From positions 1 to 35,616 of IMG/VR virus record IMGVR_UViG_3300031519_000089: a stretch of DNA of 35,616 nt; one strand, given 5' to 3'. Shown here piece by piece: positions 20,001 through 24,990 of this stretch. This DNA comes from a virus (taxonomy: Duplodnaviria > Caudoviricetes). How positions within the stretch are numbered: position 1 is the stretch's first letter; the number at the start of each line of letters is the position of its first letter. The notes beneath the pieces were generated by a model that did not search any database, had not been told where the DNA came from, and was given only the letters and a program-made list of their open reading frames with translations. The position numbers were made by a program, and so were the translations under genes.

Positions 20001-21047
20001 TCCCACTCCCTCAACATAATACTGTTGTCCAGAATATTTGCTGTCTGATACATTGGTTCCAAATTTTATTTTCATTCCATTTGAAAGTGCAAGTGTTCTC
20101 AGTGAATAATTTTTTAGTCCTATTATATCGTCGTCGACATTTATTTTTGTCGCTGTTTCTATAGATCTTATCACAATTATGCCGTACATTGTGTCGTGTA
20201 CTCCACACTGGTAGTACAATACATCCGGTGCCGCAGTCGGTACCGTGAAAGTTACTGTTCCTTCTGCTACTCCTGAGTTTGTGACCCCTGTTGTATAATG
20301 TGTTGACGTTGATCCGTCTACATCGACCCCTTCCTTGTATGGTTCTGTCATTATGTAGAAAGGCATGCCTTTCGCATCTACTGAAAATTTATATGTGTTA
20401 CCTCTGTAAAGTGTTATCTGAGGATTCCTTTCGTTTTCCTTGTGTGGGAAATTCCAAGCTCTTTCAGAACTGCCGTCATCTTCCCATACTTCAACTTTGT
20501 ACTCCGAAATCGCTGTTGGGCCGACACCGTCTATAGTAACAGGATTGGGACCGTCCGGTAACCAGTAGTATTCTCTGTAATTAATTAGTTTGTCAAGATC
20601 TATTGCTGGATTCCAACTGTATACAGTTTCCTTGTTTAACCTGTCATGGTTGTCTACCTTACCGCCAAAATATCTGATCTGATTTATGTAGTCATCGTAC
20701 GTTGCTGTAAACTTGACCTGATCCTCTGGATTTATTGAAGTAGTGTCTCTGTCTGTGTATGTCACAGCAGGTTCCAACTGGTATGACGTTCTGTCTCTGT
20801 CCGTTGCCGGAATATATGTGTCTGTTGATATTCTAGTGTATGCGTCCTGCCTTCCTATGTATCCATCTAATCTCTCCAGTGCACCTTTCTGCACCAACGG
20901 ATCTAATGTGCTTGATAGAAATCTCTGGTTGGCATCTGTTCTGTAGAACGCAGGTAGATGCTGTACAGTCCTTTTTATTTCTGTCTTGCCGTTATCTTGT
21001 GATATAACTTCTTGATTTGCTTGTGAATTAGTGGGTGTGTCGACCAT
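8076..21047 (-). CDS. Giant multidomain baseplate wedge/virion structural protein (position of T4 gp7), 4323 aa
   Basis: Follows gp6 with a 1-nt overlap. Contains ITLISGGSGYTTAPTVTI wedge repeats, GDGSTTxF repeats, a 7-blade FG-GAP-like propeller, two CBM5/12-like modules, a cupredoxin-like module and C-terminal ERIEY...LRRGTLGT. Confidence 0.8.
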   Translation of the reverse strand: MVDTPTNSQANQEVISQDNGKTEIKRTVQHLPAFYRTDANQRFLSSTLDPLVQKGALERLDGYIGRQDAYTRISTDTYIPATDRDRTSYQLEPAVTYTDRDTTSINPEDQVKFTATYDDYINQIRYFGGKVDNHDRLNKETVYSWNPAIDLDKLINYREYYWLPDGPNPVTIDGVGPTAISEYKVEVWEDDGSSERAWNFPHKENERNPQITLYRGNTYKFSVDAKGMPFYIMTEPYKEGVDVDGSTSTHYTTGVTNSGVAEGTVTFTVPTAAPDVLYYQCGVHDTMYGIIVIRSIETATKINVDDDIIGLKNYSLRTLALSNGMKIKFGTNVSDSKYSGQQYYVEGVGDSITLSNVTDLITPESYATETTILYDSVDFDMRPYAKANYRPEALDYITIKRDSRDQNAWSRYNRWFHKDVIEKVANIIGYTPTLLETDRAKRPIIEFDSGLELYNHGTIAKTSVALFDTVTVDAFSDVVRQNGYIVDGVTVAEGMRIIFAADPDPTVKGKIYKVNFVSLDDDSATFINLTEEADAIPELGDSVFIESGTSNQGKTYFWGYGADSTLSWQSAQEKTKVNQQPLFNMYDENHIAFSDAVTYPNSSFTGAKVFEFKVSDTATTDTVLGIKVKYNTINNVGDIVFDSDHTSGSFTYKAGNVEVIKKLAQGHLHYTTGRETHNSKSAWIKRKTESKQRVVRTFIVDRSEKQLFQIDFYKNSASLTDLEIAVKVNGERKNLTTDYTLVSGTVNKYIKFVEELSVGDQIRVAGYSTADKVEDKGIYEIPENLSTNPLNAQLSTFTYGQVLKHLQDIYEKNSDVTGDVLKSSNLRDKPEAKLKGGSIVQHEGSLLSAMFGLIDQEANVITAIDYCDKEYEKFYNAFLTHGLATAYEGIAADRVDEILKALNQGKNSSFPFYYDDMIGVGENYSLRTYTVMDSTETEYAIDSVHAMTVPNNRAVYIYLNDSQLIKDTDYTVSTTDDSIDIIHTLVAGDIIKIRDYVDTTGNYVPLTPTKLGLYPKFKPELFTDDTYITSQSVIRKHDGSIIKAYGDERDNLILELEKRIYNNLKTQYDATILGIGDVLPSAFTTTEYTLSEINDVMGPDFYTWTGRNGVQYINNTAFSEGSPFTYNYSTSTDTKNNEKLPGYWRGIYKYFYDTDAPHVRPWEILGHSEKPSTWDSTYGTAPYTSGNTVLWDAVAAHTGRYGKVGIANYIPVDESGNLLDPLAIGLVQKFDIPNRKLSWKFGDQAPAETAWRRSSAYPFSVTKLLALTKPAKFFGLFFDTSRITYNVTGNLIDPDTGVRQELATAKYHLETSTDTNTGVVTRYITSGYQPLVVNYLISRNLDPNLLFYTKMKNLSVQLAYKLGGFSDKDNLKILTDSVSPGSTSGSKFIPDENYKILFRTSNPVNSFDYSGILIELNTDTSIDGSSLTGGYKVLGYSTVKPYFSFYHPNKNIKSKKISVAGTSAEMYNTYSSTAQTIPYGHVFNSIQQVVDFLLGHGKWLEGQGFKFDKFSNELKEIINWQNAAREFLFWTTQELSAGSAITVSPGADGFTLDTQNSIVGRLRNLAGDYSLLDAGGRKIDISNVSTKRIGKTFELALKNSEGLYNIALNTVQKEHILLFDNKTVFSDILYDQATGFRQARLKLVGWKTAGWNGDYYAPGFVFDAAKVTYWIANTDYKIGDSVEYQGKFYVAKVNHNSTTSFVTSNWIYKKEKPKAQLIPNFDYKISQFNDFYNMESNNFDESQQGLAQHLIGYQSRDYLENLFVNDVSQYKFYQGYIREKGTQGAIDKLLKAKYENQDISLDIYPEWMIRVGKIGNTDAIESIQLELKQEQIISNRQSFELFETTNEAREYPRSIYVSKTELYSKPLDYTTGTTFAKYNYATTGVDRDSVQYYQTAGYPQVSQVQHTAFEIDDLQFLDVNAITTNDLVWVANKTNKDWDVFRITTAGFTIAELLPINDASQLEITFTDSHGLSAGSPTSLPDYFAIANGESNSLNDVYTVSSVISHKTLVVDYTGSTAFLPTLADGSTADSYGNIYKFVSVRLASMDNVNDLLKYSVYKDENTSILRKGDKVFADADSSGLWRVYEKQDPYTTHRLLSPANLTSDQDFGYQIVARNDGRTVVISAPTVGQGTLHFLFRNDSSAGTGFGVASSVTMTDNDDTSSKLGYSLSMSTDENFVVAGAPYANVNHNGDGSTRYSDNGLVKIYLWNPTTFKYAILNTLSAPLDGSTVDSAQAQNFGWSHKISEPGVSSTRSTSAKYLFVGAPGYYSDTGQIYMFEWGIGADGSTYDTWTNCLTLTSGAPGQGKRFGHRLEANDTGDILAVSSLSPGNAGMVEIFRRTSQSSDDSTQHAYTLVQTIQGVSADGSSLNTAFGDSLTMSKDGTTLVIGAPGVDDGSTGNADTGAIYYYKWDADGDSTLSYTLQQTIKAPDGQTNMRFGSSLDLNNDGTRLVIGAEKFANDREMKFDSGETTFDLQDTAIVDLNIGSGGVYTATMYNTKFIIDDRLVTTSVSENDDFGRGVCAIDNVVYVGSPEDLGNDDSTVVNDGTVTVFDLKANGSYSWKNIASETPLLDINKLGTAFEFNKSTKQVQDYLDLYDPVKGRIPGIADREINIKTPWDPAQYNFGPKENTKLAWAEKHVGEVWWDLSKVKWLWYEQDTQEYKTNNWGGIFPGSEIHIYEWVESRYLPSEWVLRADSGETSGTPLHPTDTNYTVKQKYSSALDGFVNYYYYWVRNSSEMPTNSVVVRKNTTIYVSNIITSPERYGLKLYAPTDTNKFLIFSESTGLGDNIVLNIDVRTNTFDGDAHSVWKLVREGDKEYRPGTSIENQWWNSLIGSNSTGDKVPDPDLLVTQRYGNNLRPRQSWYVNRYNALKEIIDYANSVLKKNQLAGNINLDNLDSADPEPTAQSLEWDATADTYADLTYVDTKELSGIVNYLVKADETIGGYWAIYQWDGSVFSRTKVQTYNTSNYWNYIDWYGTDTAIHEMVHNENTPIDKQVTYEYELDTLDVELGQHVKVTSSDTGGWKLFMKTSTGWTNVGTQNGTIRLSTKLYDYTQDATGFADADTFDSNFFDQEPALETRKILTALRDDLFINALAVEYNTLFFTGLRKVLSEQTYVDWMFKTSFINARNNVRQLDQRKTYTIGTDSWIESYINEVKPFHTKLREYKLGYTSTDTQDGIFTDFDNPPFYDPSTSSIRNLNESLDVTKLTEYPHQLWYDYYKKHVTSITLISGGSGYTTAPTVTILGGTVGSTGPFQIYGTSSSGASSGSVGYYYPLFSSLEQSNIWDSQNGGSGASHSHTFSEYSGTFYMPNSQISNHALTTASRSIKMYTIPDNVVATATATVSDGAVTKITLVTNGSNYTTTPAVILTGGAEDGSTPTDTAKAYAYLNNDLVRDIDTTIKFDRVSSTSRVQDWTALSSYSYNDLIRYKNELYRATSAFTATSTFNDNIGDVYKVYGNETGLTAADRTKGFYTPGTGMPGNELSQVMTGVDYGGTIVTGLLFSQDQGWDRSGWYDFTWDSYGASRIKSFAADGDSATFTFDEAPLSTDVYQVYQTRDDSTREKTSEVFRGDGSTTAFTLAFMPDKDALIEFIPFDDDGVLTPSDDRTLDSIIKGGLFGSALGSAPSDVLLEGDDFLSPETSYAPEETVPGQLFDSVDIKVYTSPESGVPFISDLFSRGDSSTTTFPIGDFPGTLGSVTVTVNNVIKKLTTDYTVNVANKTITFGTAPVMNALITTKTFAISGENYRVLDQYTGDGSTVSYTTSTRGEFNLDSTSSEIFVTVEGVPTTAFTTTTTANTITVVFNSAPAADALVQVAGFNKSASSTRSYASIRSEQITYDGSTNRYTLTYPPGSIGPFSALTMVEVNGKVLRGPDVSYYLGDGSTYSFNPVIGLGEDSTIDPEKTITTASQIQVHVNGVAQVLNTDFTVDFGNGVFTADDSTSISTATADATTTTADATGAPYNVILTTAPAGTDVIAITTLTDFQYYNDSNDIILNATQIASDGLTLTADDVLSVTTFNNALGTKLRREVLAGQPNRTFKLRFDALNSDYTYVWLNGEQLINVAEYSVSGNTITIDPSRTITDSDKLDVLYFAVETAHGATGFRIFKDMLNRTHYKRISKGHTTKLRDDITPESTSIQVVDGSLLAYPSAVLNTPGIIFVDKERIEYFTKDGDTLGQLRRGTLGTGIKDHSGGTLVVDASGTQTIPYTDTVYTDTHTGDGSTATFTTSVAATSVSQLDVFVGGQRLLLTSEDGSTVNYTVDGSTTAVNLGYAPAEGTQIKILMKKGQVWYSALDGNPADGKGLQASTTQQAKFIADEPTNAPE

Positions 21048-24000
21048 TAGTATCCAGCCCCACTACTACCGGTGCTTGTGCTTGAGCCCGATCCTGATGT
21101 TGTAGTGGTGCCGGTTACTGCTGAACTTGTCGTGGTGTTTGATACAGTGTTTGTCGATGTCACAACTGTGCCCGATGCCAACAATTGGTTGGCTCCTAAT
21201 GCACTAATAATTGAAACATCATCAACGGTGGCCCCACTGATAAAAATCTCGTCTGCCGCACTTGAAACTTGGAACAGAGACCCAAATGTCTGTCCCGACT
21301 GGTTTGGCACTATCACTACTGTTAGTAAATCTGGTGCCATTTCATTGTGTACGTAAGCGGCTAATTCTGTGAAGTAAAAAGTATCTCCAAAATCCCAGTT
21401 GTCTAGTGCAAAGAATTCGTTCACTGCGGCGATCACTCTTGTCTTGATCACTGCATCAGTAACATTACTACTAGCATTTTTAACAACTTTAAATGTTGCC
21501 TGTAGTTCTTCGTCCGCGTTTGAACCAAAAAGTATGTTGTATTTCACTGGGTGATATACTATCTGATCGCTCAATGATTTCAAAGGGTTAAGTGTACCTG
21601 AATATGATATCCTTAGCTGGTCTGCTGTACTTTCTGTTGGTTTAGGTCCTCCGTCCTGTAACCATATTCTGAATAGATTGTCGTATGTTCTCTCCAACAT
21701 ATACACGTCAACGATGTTTGATACACTAGGATCAATCCTAGTTTCTTGTCCAGCGTTATGTTTGTAATGGAAAGATAATGTGCTTCTGCCTCTTTTAGCT
21801 TGATAATCTGTTGTTGTTGAAAGTGTGTTTGTTGTTGAATCGTATTTCTTAATAATATCCTCAGTGGCATCGTAGAAATAAAACAGTTGACCGTCTGTGT
21901 AATTTGTCGAGTTAAGTGTTATGTCTGCTTCGTTCTCCGACACAACAAAGTTTGTTGCGGCGTATGGTCTGAATCTTTCTATATTATCGTACGAGATGTA
22001 TTTTTCAAAGAAAACAAATTTATTTGCTATACTTGTGTCTGGCTCAACAACTATGTCAAATATGTCTGGATTGTCAACAACTCCGTCATCGTCATCATCA
22101 AAAAAGCCGACCTTGACTTTCCTGTTGTCCTGGAATCCGTCTGTCTCAGTCACCGTGTCCACTACCTGCCACGTGATAGGATATCCTATGCTGTTGCCTG
22201 TTGAAACGATAGAGTTTGTCTTTAGTATTTTCACAGTGTCCTTGACACTTTTCCCTGTCTTGTAGTCGTAAATTTTTTCCTCGACATCATAATGGAATTT
22301 ATTCTGTGATTCCGATTCAAATATGTAATCTAGTGATCTGTAAGTTACTGTGTATGTGTTGCCGTCATTTGTGAACTTGAACCACCAACTAGCATCAACA
22401 TTTAATCCTGTTGTGTCTCCCGCTCCTGTTAGTGTAAAAGCAGTGCTTGTACTTAGATTGGTTGTTGTTATCACTTTCCATTCTTCTGATTCTACATCGT
22501 ATCGCAATCCAAAAGTTTCATATGCTTCGATCCTGTCAATTAGATCATTTTTTAATGCTGTTGTAAAGGTTGTAGTTAGGTTAGGAAATATAGACGAAAC
22601 AGTGGAACCATTCGGTATTACATCATTTAGTGTTATAGGTCCAACTCCTGATTCTAAGTTACCCAAACCACCATTCGCACCATCGCCTTCTACAGCACCT
22701 ATTTTAGCCCAAGACCTGTCCTCGGCGTTGTCTGTTCCTGCAGTGACCAATGTATCATTTAAAAATTCTCTTGTGTCTGGTGATGTGAACTTGATCAAGG
22801 CTCCTGGTTTTGCGTATTTGAAATTAGAAGTTGCAAAGTCACCGATCGTTAATGCTCCACCCGATGTGAAGTATCCTGTGTTCGTGTTTGTTCCTGTTGT
22901 TGTTGAATTCCACGTAGATGACAAAGAACTTAAATCTTTTGTTCCGTACTTTAAGTAATAGAATTGTCTAGAATACGGTTCTTTAATCTTTGTTTCTATC
23001 ATACTATTAAGCGTTGATAGAATTACATTTCTGTTTGTGAAAGTAAAAGTGAATGTGTTTAATTTTTCTTCTCTGTATAGTATTCCGTCTTCCGCAAACA
23101 CACTAACGTTTGAGTAGGCGCCTGTTGGATCTAGTATCTCTTTTGCTCTAGATATCCCCGATGCTGATCTATTAACCGATCTAACCTTAATAATTTCTTG
23201 TGATGCTGACAGAGGTACAACCTGGTAGTCCTCAGAAGTTATCATTCTGTTTTGAGAGTAGTAAACCTGTGGTGCTTTTTCTCTAATGGAGGCATTCGAT
23301 TCCGTCGCCGCACTGTTGTAAACGGAACTTTTCAAACTTGCTGTGATTGTCAATGTCTGTTGTGCACCGTTGGCGTCAGTGTATGGAACAGGCAACTGTA
23401 TGTTCTTCATTTCAGATGATTGTATTGCATACTTGGCATTGTCACTTGTTCTGTAATATGTTGTGAAAGTTCCTAAAGGTAAATTAGTGAAGTTTCCATC
23501 TCCAAAAACTAAATCAATAGTGTCATTATTTTTTGTTACAACATTGTAGATGTTTCTTTCATTTTTTGTTAAAGAATTGTATATGGCATTATTACCTTGT
23601 AATGCCGGCACTTCTTTCCATTGCTCTCGAATCTGTCCAAACTGATCTGTTTTGTATAACCATACATCGGTGTTGTTGATGTTTGGTGTGTTTATTGGTT
23701 TCACATAATTTGTTGTTGATGAATCTATTGTAAAATTTTCTGACAGTAAACTTCCTTGTTTAAACAAAAGAAAAAATCCTGTGTTGTTTGAGGAATCTCC
23801 TGATCCATCTGATCTGTATGTGTATGTCAGTCCTGTGCCTGTTACCGGAGCCGACTCGTATATTGATTCTGAGTTGTTAATCGAACTCGGTACAACTTCA
23901 AACTGTCTCGACACTCCGCCTACGGCTTTTGTAAATTTAAATATCGGCAAGTCAATTTGGTTCGAACTCAATGTGTAAACTTCTGTGTTTATGCCACCTA

Positions 24001-24535
24001 CTGTTCCTGACTCTCTTGGTTTGCCAAAAAGTTGTCCTGTCTGGTTGGCCGCATTCATTATTGCAGTGAACTGGTCTCTGTAATTGGAGTTTGCACTATC
24101 GTTCCACACTACATTTTGATTTGCAAGATTCGTGCCTGATGAATCTGTAACGTCCTGTGTTGTAGAAATTGAATCAATTTTTAAAAGTCCTGTTGCTGGC
24201 TGGTTCCTACTTGCATTGTAACTAATCAGTCTCGCCAATCTCAATACAGAGTTTCTTCTAGATGCAGTTTCTAGGAAATTTTCTCTTGCATTCAAGTCAA
24301 CCCTGAATGAAAGTGCCTGTGCTATGTAGGCGATCAGATCGATAAGTGCGACATATTCAGAACTCTCTACGAAGTCGTTGAAATCATCTGGATAATTCTC
24401 ACTTAGATACGATACCATTGTTCTACGAAGTGTCTCAAAGTCGTAGCTCTTGAAATCTGCCTGCTGGAAGGACTGGTAGATCTTTGTCCAATCTTCCGCA
24501 ACTAATAATCTGTTCTGTCGTTCTGTAGTGGCCAT
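21047..24535 (-). CDS. gp6: Baseplate wedge subunit, T4 gp6-like
   Basis: YDFETLR...LIDLIAY...ENFLETA.RRNSVLRLARLISY, FGDGNF and ESNASIREKAP..Y.SQNRMIT.EDY are gp6/baseplate-J hallmarks; located directly downstream of gp25. Confidence 0.85.
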   Translation of the reverse strand: MATTERQNRLLVAEDWTKIYQSFQQADFKSYDFETLRRTMVSYLSENYPDDFNDFVESSEYVALIDLIAYIAQALSFRVDLNARENFLETASRRNSVLRLARLISYNASRNQPATGLLKIDSISTTQDVTDSSGTNLANQNVVWNDSANSNYRDQFTAIMNAANQTGQLFGKPRESGTVGGINTEVYTLSSNQIDLPIFKFTKAVGGVSRQFEVVPSSINNSESIYESAPVTGTGLTYTYRSDGSGDSSNNTGFFLLFKQGSLLSENFTIDSSTTNYVKPINTPNINNTDVWLYKTDQFGQIREQWKEVPALQGNNAIYNSLTKNERNIYNVVTKNNDTIDLVFGDGNFTNLPLGTFTTYYRTSDNAKYAIQSSEMKNIQLPVPYTDANGAQQTLTITASLKSSVYNSAATESNASIREKAPQVYYSQNRMITSEDYQVVPLSASQEIIKVRSVNRSASGISRAKEILDPTGAYSNVSVFAEDGILYREEKLNTFTFTFTNRNVILSTLNSMIETKIKEPYSRQFYYLKYGTKDLSSLSSTWNSTTTGTNTNTGYFTSGGALTIGDFATSNFKYAKPGALIKFTSPDTREFLNDTLVTAGTDNAEDRSWAKIGAVEGDGANGGLGNLESGVGPITLNDVIPNGSTVSSIFPNLTTTFTTALKNDLIDRIEAYETFGLRYDVESEEWKVITTTNLSTSTAFTLTGAGDTTGLNVDASWWFKFTNDGNTYTVTYRSLDYIFESESQNKFHYDVEEKIYDYKTGKSVKDTVKILKTNSIVSTGNSIGYPITWQVVDTVTETDGFQDNRKVKVGFFDDDDDGVVDNPDIFDIVVEPDTSIANKFVFFEKYISYDNIERFRPYAATNFVVSENEADITLNSTNYTDGQLFYFYDATEDIIKKYDSTTNTLSTTTDYQAKRGRSTLSFHYKHNAGQETRIDPSVSNIVDVYMLERTYDNLFRIWLQDGGPKPTESTADQLRISYSGTLNPLKSLSDQIVYHPVKYNILFGSNADEELQATFKVVKNASSNVTDAVIKTRVIAAVNEFFALDNWDFGDTFYFTELAAYVHNEMAPDLLTVVIVPNQSGQTFGSLFQVSSAADEIFISGATVDDVSIISALGANQLLASGTVVTSTNTVSNTTTSSAVTGTTTTSGSGSSTSTGSSGAGY

Positions 24536-24551
24536 AATGTGTTAACAATGA

Positions 24552-24559
24552 TATTTATG
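24552..24559 (-). promoter_or_regulatory. Probable late promoter (CATAAATA)
   Basis: NATAAATA in the 44-nt gp25-gp6 intergenic gap, 16 nt upstream of the gp6 ATG. Confidence 0.55.
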
Positions 24560-24579
24560 TGTTAGGAAATGTGCGTGTA

Positions 24580-24990
24580 TTAAGATAGACGCAGGAGTTG
24601 ATTTTCATCAAAGCCAAATCTTAGTTTTTCAGTAATGTTGAGCGGAACATAGGTTATAGTGGCCTGTATGGCTATACCATGTTGCTCTTGTGTCAGTATT
24701 ATTTCCTGTGCGGCTATACGGGGATCAGCATTTAAATTTGCTGTTATGTCTTCCACTATTGCATCTTTAAGCTGTTCTGTTAATGGTTCAAAAATAGCAT
24801 CGTATATCATGGTGCCAAATTCCGGGTTCTCCACCCTCTCGCCCTTACGCACAGATAACCTGTTGATCAGGTCCTGTTTGGCACACTCGAAGTCATACTG
24901 TTTGAAGTTCTTCTTGTCCGCTCTAGAACTGAACCCTTTGAAAGTTATCCCACCTGCTCCTGTGCTTGATGAATTATTGCCGTATGCCAT
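24580..24990 (-). CDS. gp25: Baseplate wedge subunit, gp25/GPW family
   Basis: KQDLINRLSVRKGERVENPEFGTMIYDAIFEP...ADPRI is the gp25 signature. Confidence 0.92.
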   Translation of the reverse strand: MAYGNNSSSTGAGGITFKGFSSRADKKNFKQYDFECAKQDLINRLSVRKGERVENPEFGTMIYDAIFEPLTEQLKDAIVEDITANLNADPRIAAQEIILTQEQHGIAIQATITYVPLNITEKLRFGFDENQLLRLS

